From contig BQFW01000008.1 in assembly GCA_020891255.1 (NCBI GenBank), positions 2,542,001-2,606,000 on the forward strand: a stretch of 64,000 bases of DNA, given 5' to 3'. Position numbers and translations under genes: made by a program. Shown here piece by piece: positions 11,901-21,683 of this stretch. Under the pieces are notes generated by a model. The model did no database searches and had not been told where the DNA came from. It was given only the letters and a program-made list of their open reading frames with translations. How positions within the stretch are numbered: position 1 is the first letter of the stretch; the number at the start of each line of letters is the position of its first letter. This DNA comes from Entomortierella parvispora E1425 (taxonomy: Eukaryota > Fungi > Mortierellomycota).

Positions 11901-13288
11901 TGGCTGATGGCAAGGGGTTCGTGTTCTTTGAAGTGCTGGGTGTAGTGCCTCTCCTGTCTGGTTGCCGTGTGAGATGGACGAGTCTTGAGGCTGCTCAACC
12001 GGAGGCGGCATGGTGATACGTGCTCGTGTCAGGCGAGAGTGCTGTATTGCAGGTGACTCTACCGTCTTGTAGCGGTTGCTGGTTGACGATGATCGCAACC
12101 GAATGATATCCTTGGAGTTGCTATAGATATCAAAACAGTACGATGAATACAAAAATTGGCTCATTTCCTTCCATATCTTGAGTTTTGAGCTGTTATATAG
12201 GCATTACCTGCTGTTGGAAGTCGTTTGGAGACTTCTGTTTTGTTGATATCGTTTACAGAGGTCCATAAATCTTTGGCGAAGAGCGTTAAAGGAAGAGTAG
12301 GCAGAATCTGATATCTGACAGGTGCTTGGCGTTTGCAGCCGGTCCGCAAAGACTCGAAGAGCGAGTTCAAATGTCTTGTCGCAGGTGTTTTTGGATTGGA
12401 CACGCTCGTGCTCCAGATATTCCGACACAATCGACCTGGGATCTAAAGACGACAGTTATTGTTTAACGTGTGAACGGGATGGCAAATCAAGACATTACAG
12501 TCGTCTCATTTGTTTCATACCTTCGCCCTTGCTGTTCATGATGACAGAAAGGCTGGTGACTGGACCAAGCGAAAAGATGTTCCTGCCGTAGTCATTTGAC
12601 ACCACACAAGCAAGAGCCGTGAGCTGAGCTGATGACAATCCAAGAGTTGGCAAACATCTGCGCGACTATAGGCCAGATGAAGTCCACGAGAGATGGGTCG
12701 CCAGAGCGTGTAGATAGTGCCATATGCAAGCATGTCACTGTCAGCCGATATGACAATGTCTTCTGGCCGGCAGTCCGCCGCGATGGCAACATCAGCCTCT
12801 GTCTCACATATCCGAACAGTCCATCCAGCCTTGATCAGGTAATCGATGAAATCCTGGCGAACTGAGGATGGCCAATAGAAAAGTGATGCAAGGCTCTTCT
12901 TGACATCGACGAAATGTCGCTTCCTAGCCTTTTGGTTGTCGGTGACTCGTTGCTCGAGTGCGTCAAGGTTCTTGTAGCATTTTTCAGCGGCTTTGTCACG
13001 GTTGGCCTTTCGTTTTTTTGCTGTTTCCTCTTTCTCCACCGCTGCGCCACCATCAATGTAAAGAATGAGTCTATCCTTCCCGCCATAACGCAAAAAATTT
13101 GCTTCAAGGACCTGGTGCGCTTCTTCGGGTGCCTTAAAAGAGTATGCGTTGCGGATGATAGAGTAAAACGACAGCACATCAAGACGTTTTGTACGATCGG
13201 TCATAGTTGACTTCACGTTGGAGGGATAAATGACAGAAGGTTCATAGCCCTTTTTGCGCAAAAAGGGGAACCAATCTTGTAATCCCAT
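8917..13288 (-). CDS. EXO1/XPG/FEN1-family nuclease fused to a Fanzor1 (TnpB-like RuvC) endonuclease, ~1348 aa; exons 13288-12521, 12442-12208, 12120-11013, 10932-9640, 9558-8917; 1-bp frameshift at ~12640
   Basis: N-terminus MGLQDWF, RLDVLS, YIDGG-x5-K-x6-R, CETEADV, ISADSDML and, after restoring one G, LGLSSAQLTALACVVSNDYGRNIFSLGP (H3TH). C-terminus ILTLDAGQ (RuvC-I), VIIGVGLGQF, VGINEYYTSQKCPNC...CTHC...HRDIMAAENM (RuvC-II, Zn finger, RuvC-III). Four GT-AG introns of 78-87 bp with phases 1, 2, 0, 0 that join the frames exactly. Confidence 0.88.
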
Positions 13289-13484
13289 CAGAGGCACAAT
13301 TTAGAGAATGAGTAAAAGAGCAGATGATAAAAGGAGATGTAAAAGCGGAAAACGATGTAGATGCGAAGGGTTGTCGCTGGTAATGTGTAATGAGGAGCGT
13401 GGGGGAGCGTGGTGGGCTATATAGGAAAAAGGCAAGGAGCGCGTATGCGCGCTTAAATGGGCCAATTGTAGCTCTCAATCCCAG

Positions 13485-13515
13485 CCAATGAGAGAATTAG
13501 GGCGTGGATTGTCCT
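13485..13515. repeat. Terminal inverted repeat (5' end of the Fanzor element)
   Basis: Inverted match to 8799-8829. Confidence 0.7.
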
Positions 13516-13636
13516 GGGCCCGCCAAAATTCGGTGACGTCATCCGGCACTCCCGGATTCATTTCCGCGCTTTCCTTTGGGACATGCGTGCAAGGTCGAAC
13601 ATCATCCACACTCCTCCATCCCTCCATCACATCACA

Positions 13637-14806
13637 ATGTCTTTCCTTACAAGGGCAGGCATCGCTGCCACCCAGCGTTCAACTCGCATTGTCCAGAAGC
13701 GTTTCGGCTCCCATGCCGCCCACGCTGGTCCTGAGGCTCCTCCTACCCAGGAAGGTATGGATCATCTCGCCACGTCCCAACGTCCGAGCATCACCCAACG
13801 GCTTCGGAATCGACAGCGGAGCACTATGTTTTGTCATTGGATTCGATTCCGGTTGAAAGAAGTGAGCGTAACACTCACGCTGCTTTGTAATTTATGAATA
13901 GGCTTCACGTCCGGTGGTTTCAAGTTGGCCTTGATCGCCGTTGTCGGATGGATCGCCTGGTCCCGCATTGACGAGCACCTCACCAACCAGGGCGAGGTAA
14001 TGAGGCGAATCTAGCGTGGAAATGAACCCGGGAAACACTTGCATGGACAGGATTGCGGCCAATGTGTTACAGGGCTCAATGATCAGGACTGATGGAACCA
14101 GAGATCGCACTGACTAGACAGAGCTGGACCCAAGTCATAAATCCAACAAATAGTGGCGTTCCGAGCAATTGGCATGCTGGGCAAAAGAGCATTGCGGCAG
14201 GAAGTGCAGTAGTGCATTATCATGTTCAGGAAAACCACGGGGCCAGAACACTGCATGGAATACTCGGGACATATGATACAAAGGACGTCGAACGGACATT
14301 AACGTATGATCTGTCATCTGGGATCACTTTTTCTAGGAGAAGCACCCTCTCACTCGCTACATTGAGTACTACATGCGCTCAGAGAAGGAGTCCAACCGCC
14401 TTAGCGAGCAGCACATTGCCCTTGCTCAGAAGGTCGCTGAGGAGAAGTAAGAATCGATTCTTGAATTTGTTGCGTATCTTGCGTATCTTGCAAAGACACA
14501 TAGATCGAGGATGTCAAAACATGGTCCTTATTTTTTTTAATTTTTTTCTTTTGTAGGAAATTCTTCTCCCTTGCCATCCCCCCTCCCAAGGTCCAGCTCC
14601 GTTACCCCGAGTATGTCATCATGAAATCATAGGATTTAATAGCCTCAAGGACTGCTCCCGATATATGTCCAGTGGAGATTGTGTCATAACTAACAACTGC
14701 CACCTCTTTCTTCATTTTCATTAGCGGTTTGGTTAACGCCTCCAGCAGGAACATCGAGGTCGGAACTACCGTCAACGTTGAGGGCCTCATCCCCAAGTTC
14801 CACTAA
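13637..14806 (+). CDS. Mitochondrial complex I accessory subunit, NDUFB6/NUO17.8-like; exons 13637-13754, 13902-13996, 14337-14446, 14557-14610, 14725-14806
   Basis: Arg-rich presequence MSFLTRAGIAATQRSTRIVQKRFGSHAAH, one TM segment (FKLALIAVVGWIAWSRI), HPLTRYIEYY, and C-terminal QLRYPDGLVNASSRNIEVG. Splice phases are consistent. Confidence 0.7.
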
Positions 14807-17520
14807 GTTCCCACTCCTTTTCTCGATCCTCTGATACACCATACACGCCATCTCCCCCTCCTCTCTTCTCTATTACTACCAGAATAAACTAGATTCTTAT
14901 GACCAAGTATGTACAGATGTCCAAAAGCCAATTGACTACTGGAAATATCTTCTGGAGCGAAAGGGTGTTTCCTTTCATTGTGTGCTGTAGGTAATGTTTG
15001 TCTCCTTCTGTATGTTGTTTGCTCTTACGGAGCACAAGAAACACGAATCCTAGAGGATGAGAGACCACATCTATCCTGAACTGTGCACCAGTAGAAAAGG
15101 GCGGGATAGCTTCGTTGGATATTGCACCATTGTTGGCGGAGGATCTGATCTATAGCGTTTTGTTTTAAAAAAAGTGGGTCGTTCCTTGCTCACCGTTTTA
15201 GAGCGCGGCTCGCAATGAAAAAAAAAAAAAGCAATATCAGTCAAATATCCGTTGTAGAAACCAAAGCGCTGAAGTTTCGGGTTGGTACATGTAGAAAAGT
15301 CCCAACCGGCGCTTTTTTAACAAAACGGCGGAAATCCTATTGCCGTTGGATGGTCAACGTCGCACACACCGTGTCCACACCAGCAGGGTGTCGGGCGTAA
15401 AAGAAAAAACATCTTGGCTTTTGCCTAGAATAGAAGGAATATCCCGATTCCGTGACATAGTCTTGTCTCACGGAGGATCTTCATTGATGGGGTTTTACGG
15501 GGGTAGAGGGGAATGGTCCGAGTACAGTACCCCTATTGCCGTAGGCAGCGTAGGTGAGAAAAAAAGATGGAGAGGTATCTTTCGCGAGTCCGAGGCAATG
15601 TCGGAGATTCTGGCCATCGGACATCCTGCCTCAACCACGTTGTTGACCTCCGGGATTCCGAGATATAGAGGATAGCAACTGATGTAGGACTGCATGTTTG
15701 CGATACAGTAGCAGTGATTGCCACGAGTCTCTAACCATCGTCTGCTGCATGCTTGTTTGTAACAGAGTACAGCCTTCAGAGGGCTCGTTTATTGCGACCC
15801 GAGGGAAAAAATAGTGTGGGAAGAACACAGTTGACATAAACATTTGCGCCTCCAAAAAAAGACTTGCAGTGGACGACGACAACAATGGCATCTGCACTCC
15901 TGGCCCATGGTGGTCGTGTGTGATGACCGTCCTGTCTCCCCCTATCTATGCTCGTTGGTTTTACATGGGTGGAAGATGCGGCACTTCTTTTGGTTTCCAT
16001 GATAGCGACTGTTCCGGACCCTTTCCTTCTTCCATCTTTTTTCTCTCTCTTTTTCTTTGCTAGACATACGAAATTTGGGGCGATAATAATATAGTCCTGG
16101 ACAACCAAGGATCACGAGGGTTCATAGTGGGTGAACGGCATGCATGCACCCAAGATTGAAGTCATCCCTCTCCCCCTCTTTCCCTAATCCCCAGCCCCTC
16201 TTCTCTTTGGTCCCTCTAGCCTCTTCAAGGAGGTCGTTCATAAGATCTGGGCCGTACAAAGGCAAGGATATGAGCTTCGCAAAGGAGGTCATAGGAAGGC
16301 GAGAGGCAAGGTCTGAGGAAAGTTGGCTCAAAAGAAACCAATCACACCTCCAGAGTGTTTGAGTGAGAAAAGTGAGTAAGTGAGTGAGGCGATGAATGGA
16401 ATGCCGTGGAAAAGTGTTGGTCAAGAAGGTTCAATACTTGAGTGCCCATCAACCTATTTTGAACAGACAATCGATGAAGATGGCCAACAAAGGCAAGAGT
16501 GTTTTGGTCAGGGGCAGACCAAGCAATGCATCAGAGCCAGTGAGAAGCCCATTTTTTTTTTTTTTTTTTTTTTTTTTGGTGGCTCGTTTCTTTTGTGTAA
16601 CGATGATTTTTTTTCTATATTACGCGTCGGGGTATTCAATCCAATTCTATCGCGTTGGCAAAAGACGACTCATTTCTTTAGTGTAACCACGGGGGGCGCT
16701 TGTAGTGTGCCCGTGTGCCGTTTTTTTCGATTCAGGTTGAAGGCTAAAGGCGAGCTTCGAGCTTGTTCGTCGTGGCCATTTTTTTCTTTTTTTTTTTTTT
16801 TTGCATGGAGTTGAACTGCCTGCCTTCTCCTTTCCGTTCGTTGCTGCAAAGAGAAGCGGGCCATGCAGCATCGGGGAGAGGAGAAGAAAAGAAGGGGAAG
16901 GGGAAGGGGAATATGTCCGTCAAGCGTGCGCTGTGATGATTGAGCCTCGATTGTCAATCTGCTTTGCAATTCAACAGTTTGGACATGCCCGGTCTGGGTG
17001 GTGGCTGGACTGCTTGACTGAACTGACACCCCATTGCCCAGGGACAGGGAGAGCCCTGTTCGGTGATCTCCCCGTCCATCGCCCTTCGCCTGGACGCAGC
17101 GTAATATTCATTTCGGTCTCGATGAATTGATTGACACCCCAATCGCCTGCCTTCGGCTTTTTCGTCCGGACAGGCCCAGGGAGACAGACACCTGTTCAAA
17201 TCAGTCTTAGTGCCACCCCATCAAAACTCATCACCGTCGCTCCCTCGGCTATAAAAGGGTCTCTTCTTTGTCCTCTTCCCTGTTCTCTTTTCATCATCAC
17301 TCTTCATCACTCTTCATACCTCTGTTCTTCTCTTGCCCTCGAGACCCCTTTCCTTTGCTCTTCAAGCCTTCTTTCATATCTCCGCGTCCCTTCCACGTCC
17401 TTCAACTCCGCCCTTCCCAAGCTTCTTTGCTTCTCCACAATCGTGCTTTCAATTTCATCACTGCTTTTTCAATCTCGGCTGTATTTGATCCACCTACTCT
17501 CTCCACTCTATTCTTAAACA

Positions 17521-19287
17521 ATGCTTCGTCAGACCCTCAACCGCCAGGCCACTGCCTCTCTCAAGAACGCCCTCAAGCTCGCTCCTGCATCGACCAAGAC
17601 CTCCGCCCTTGCTGCCGTTGCCCACTCTCTCCGTGTCCAAACCGAGGCCATCCGCCACTCCTCCTCGAACTCGAACCAGCCCAAGAAGTACCGTGCTTTC
17701 CACACTTCGGACGTTCAAGCTCAGGCACGCGAGGTGCCCGGATTCCCCATCCTCGATGACCCCTTGGTCCACAACCACTCGATCCCCTCGTTCATGGTCG
17801 GTACCCAGAACGGATTCTTGCCCCGTCAGGATCCCTTGGACGTCTTGCCCAAGGAGTACGAGGCTCTGGAGCAGCTCTTGCAAAAGATGCCCTTGACCCT
17901 CAAGGACGGTTCCAAGGGCTTGTTGGCCCTGGGCCAGTTTGGCGAGGCCTGCAAGGCCCTTCCCCAGTACGACCTGTCCAAGGTCGAGGACTCTGAGCTT
18001 CTCTCAGGTAAGAAGAAAACAGAGGCTCTTTTTTTTAAACAATATGAGCAGAAAAAGGAAATTTGTGATGGTTACTCTCCCACGCCGATGATCCTCTCCT
18101 TTTCCCCACAACGTTGTGCGTGCACATGACCTTTGACACTGACGATTTGCTGTTCTTGTCACGTGACCTTGAACCAACCAGCTCTTTACCGCGACTACAC
18201 CTTTGTTGCCTCTGCCTACCTCTTGGAGCCTTGTGACATCCTCTACCGCAAGTCCGGTGACTATGGCCTCGGACGTTCGGTCCTGCCCAAGAACATTGCC
18301 GTGCCCTTGGTCCAGGTCGCCGAGAAGATTGGTGCCAAGCCCTTCATGGAGTATGCTCTCTCGTACGCCCTTTACAACTACCGCCGTATCGACAAGTCCA
18401 AGGGTCTTGTCTGGGGCAACTTGGAGTTGATCCGTCCCTTCTCTGGCGACCCATCCGAGTTGGGCTTCATCATCTCCCACGTCACCATGGTCTCTCATTC
18501 AGGAGAGTTGGTCAAGAACACGATGAAGACTTTGGAGGCTGCCGACAAGCACCACCGCCCCTCTTTCAACGATGCTCTGTCCAAGGTCGTGTCGACGTAC
18601 GAGAAGATCAACCAGGAGATGGACACCATGTGGCAGCGCTCTTTGCCCCAGGACTACTTGAAGTTCCGGACATTCATCATGGGTACCAAGAACCAGCCCA
18701 TGTTCCCCAACGGTGTGATCTACGAGGGTGTCTCGGATGAGCCCATGTTCCACCGCGGCGAGTCGGGAGCCAACGATTCCATGGTCCCCATGGGTGACAA
18801 CTTGTTGCAGTTGACCGAGAACATGCCCTCGAACCCCTTGACGGCCGTCTTGAAGGATTTCCGTACCTACAGACCCCACAACCACGCCGAGTTCTTGCAG
18901 TATGTCGAGGACAAGGCTAAGCAGGCCCGCGTCCGTGAGTTTGCAGAGCAGGATTCCAACTCGTCGGCCATTTTCTTGGCCGCCGTGGACCAGATTCGCA
19001 ACTTCCGTAACCGCCACTGGTCTTTCACCAAGGAGTACATTATCAAGTACACCAAGCACCCCGTCGCTACCGGTGGTTCGCCCATCGTCACTTGGTTGCC
19101 CAACCAGTTGGCCACGGTCTTGAGGACCATGCAGGAGGTCGGTGCCAAGATTGACGAGAGTCAGTTGTTGCCCGAGAACAAGACCTTGGTCGATGTCTTG
19201 ACCAAGCGTGCGGATGCTCAGGCTCGTGTCTTGGAGAGAGAGGTGGCTCAGTTGCGCACAGAGATCAAGGACCAGGACAAGGTCTAA
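17521..19287 (+). CDS. Indoleamine 2,3-dioxygenase, gamma (bacterial-like) fungal type, exons 17521-18007 and 18182-19287
   Basis: NGFLPRQDPL, ALYRDYTFVASAYLLEP, PFMEYALSYALYNY, RGESGANDS, FRNRHW (proximal His) and ATGGSPIVTWLPNQL. Confidence 0.88.
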
Positions 19288-19438
19288 AAAAACCAAAAGA
19301 GAAAAAAAAAAAGAAGCGGCTTGTTCGCCTTGTTGTTCAATCATCATACCCCTCCCTTGACTCCTCTTATTCTCGCCCTTGTAGAAAACACACATACTCC
19401 CTCTCCTCTCTTCGCACTTTGTCTTTCGCGTTTATATA

Positions 19439-21243
19439 GAGACCATGCCAAAAACATCCATACCTCTGATTTGAATGTCCGGTTTCATATGGATCTCCAC
19501 CCCTTAATAAAAGTTATGACTTTTCGCGCACTCAAGGGGAGAAAGGGACGCCACTCAGCTCTCTGGAGATGCAACTCCCATCTCTCTACCATGTCGGATC
19601 CTCGATTTAAACGGAATGCAGCACGACTGACTCGTAATGAATACTGCATTCTGGCGAACGTCCAAAGCTACTTGAATGGGACTGGGGCCTTCCACGAGCA
19701 CCGTGGCAAAGTCACCGCCCGCAAGCGTCTTGCCCTCATAACTGGGATCGGTTCAGATACGGCGCGGAAAGCTATTCAGTTTTATAACGGCGTGGGGGAG
19801 GTTTCGGAGAAACGCATTGGTCGACCAAAACACATCATTGAGACTGACTTGGGCGCAGCCATTCGAGAATTTGTGTTGGCATGCAACAAAGATGGAGTGC
19901 CTGTGACAACGAATCTAGTTTTGAAGGAGCTGCGGGAAAAACACGGTATCGTTTTCGCGAAGCGAACCTTGGTCCGTCGATTAAAACGGCTAGGTCTTCA
20001 TTACGGCAAAGGAAGCAGGAGGAATATCCTCCATGACTCCCAAGCGGTGATCGACTATCGTGATGTTTACATCGAGCGTCGCCTCTCGAATCTGAACCCC
20101 AAGGGTCTTCCAATTGTTCCTGAGGTGTTCCTTGATGAGTCATATTGTCATCTAGACCATCACAGTCTTCGGACATGGTTGCCTTCTGGAGGCTCTGTCA
20201 ATGAGCGAGGACGAAAGCCAATGCTTGTCATTTTCGGTGCATTCGTGGTATTCCGAGTTGACAACAAGCTCAGGGCAGAGCTCGTCAAGAAAAGCATCCT
20301 CATCTGGCCGGTCAAGGGTCAATTGCGTGGTCGAGAGGGTGGACGTGCCGCAGACAACGAGCTATGGAAGACTGTTCCTGATTTTGTCCGAGAGGCGGGT
20401 ATTGCCCCTGACTACCATGACTACCACGGTAACTTTGATGCGGATCTGTTTGAGCGATTGTTTGAGGCTCTGTGCACAACACTCCATGAAGACTATGGGC
20501 CTTGTCACATTCACATGGATGGCGCCAAGTACCATGTCCGCGAAGAGAATCCAGTACCGAAAGCAAGCTCCTGTGTGAGAGATATCCATTCGTGGTTCGA
20601 AAAGAATGGCATAGAGCTACCAACAAATGACCGGGGCAAGATCAAGTCTAGACTCGAGCTTCTTGAGCACATCAAAGGTCTCAACATCCCCAAGACCTTT
20701 GCTTCATACCGAATTGCACACGAATACGGACACACCATTTGCAAGACACCTCCGTATCATTGCGAGCTACAGCCGATTGAAATGGTCTGGGGAATGGTCA
20801 AGAACCCAATTGCAGCCAATCCTAACTTGGACGAGACTGAGCTGTCACTGCGAAACCGCCTTTTGGGACTCTTCGCTGGCATTCAGGAGTCACAGCTTAT
20901 TGCTGTTTGGAAAAAGACTGTCCAGGTTGGGAGGGACTATCGGATTCTCTACGAAAGACGACTCGAAAACAATGAAAACTACAGTGAAAGTGACGATGAT
21001 GACCGCGAATTTGATAGTGACACAGACAACAGTGAAATTTCTAGTGACGAGGAGGCATAGTATTTTCTATTTTTTTTCAGTACCATTGTTCTCAGTAGAC
21101 ATGACCCCAGTGAGTCCAGTCCATCATGGAACATCGTTTAGAGTCAATGAAGTTTTTAAAATCAGAAGAGAATAGAAAAAAAAAAGGCAGAGGGGTGTGA
21201 GAATTTAGGTTTTGTGAGGTATGGATATTTGTGGCAAGATCTC
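19439..21243 (+). mobile_element. IS630-Tc1-mariner DNA transposon, Sailor-like (DD86E), 1805 bp, TA target-site duplication
   Basis: 28-bp TIRs at 19439-19466 (GAGACCATGCCAAAAACATCCATACCTC) and 21216-21243 (reverse complement GAGATCTTGCCACAAATATCCATACCTC), 24/28 identical. TA at 19437-19438 and 21244-21245. Confidence 0.9.
19591..21060 (+). CDS. DDE transposase (489 aa, uninterrupted)
   Basis: N-terminal HTH region, VFLDESY (D1), HMDGAKYH (D2) and PPYHCELQPIEMVWGMVK (E). 86 residues lie between D2 and E. Confidence 0.92.
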   Translation: MSDPRFKRNAARLTRNEYCILANVQSYLNGTGAFHEHRGKVTARKRLALITGIGSDTARKAIQFYNGVGEVSEKRIGRPKHIIETDLGAAIREFVLACNKDGVPVTTNLVLKELREKHGIVFAKRTLVRRLKRLGLHYGKGSRRNILHDSQAVIDYRDVYIERRLSNLNPKGLPIVPEVFLDESYCHLDHHSLRTWLPSGGSVNERGRKPMLVIFGAFVVFRVDNKLRAELVKKSILIWPVKGQLRGREGGRAADNELWKTVPDFVREAGIAPDYHDYHGNFDADLFERLFEALCTTLHEDYGPCHIHMDGAKYHVREENPVPKASSCVRDIHSWFEKNGIELPTNDRGKIKSRLELLEHIKGLNIPKTFASYRIAHEYGHTICKTPPYHCELQPIEMVWGMVKNPIAANPNLDETELSLRNRLLGLFAGIQESQLIAVWKKTVQVGRDYRILYERRLENNENYSESDDDDREFDSDTDNSEISSDEEA

Positions 21244-21683
21244 TATAAAAATAAAAAGTTTTTTGAATGAAAAATCTTTGCATATCAAACAAAAAGCTTT
21301 TGCACATACAAATGAACACACAAAAAGCAAACGGTCCGTTGAAGGCTCATTTGAACAGTTGGGCTACTCCTTGAATAAAACATGAGTGTCATTCTCAAAG
21401 GTAAGGTCTCGGTTCAAATGATCATATTAGCCAAAAGGTACAAAAAAAGCTATGGACAATTTAAATTTGGTAATGCTTTCCATCTGCCCTCTCATTCTTT
21501 CTCTTTTCTTGGGGGTGAGTGTGGGTTTTGCGTGTATCCGCAGGGGACTGGTTCCGTTGAAGGGTTGTGTGGGGTCAAGAGATTCCCTCCAGCAAAGAGA
21601 AAAGAAAAAAAAAGAGTATTCCCCTGTGGTCCTGGTATCTGTAATCACGCATGCTGAAAAATACAAGGAGCTGAAAAAGCAAT

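Larger units (their letters stand above)
8799..13515 (-). mobile_element. TIR-bounded, transposase-less element (4717 bp) carrying an EXO1/XPG-Fanzor fusion gene
   Basis: 8799-8829 AGGACAATTCACGCCATAATGACGTCACTGG versus the reverse complement of 13485-13515, AGGACAATCCACGCCCTAATTCTCTCATTGG: 24/31 identical, 14/15 at the outer end. GG flanks both ends on the + strand. The repeats enclose exactly the fusion gene plus its promoter and 3' region. Confidence 0.75.

Noticed and set aside
15340-15900. Cluster of short ORFs between the complex I subunit and IDO genes
   Set aside because: No recognisable motifs, splice structure or coding bias. Treated as intergenic.
19439-21243. Tc1-like transposase as the mobiliser of the Fanzor element
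   Set aside because: The TIR sequences (GAGACCATGCC versus AGGACAATYCACGCC) and target sites (TA versus GG) do not match.
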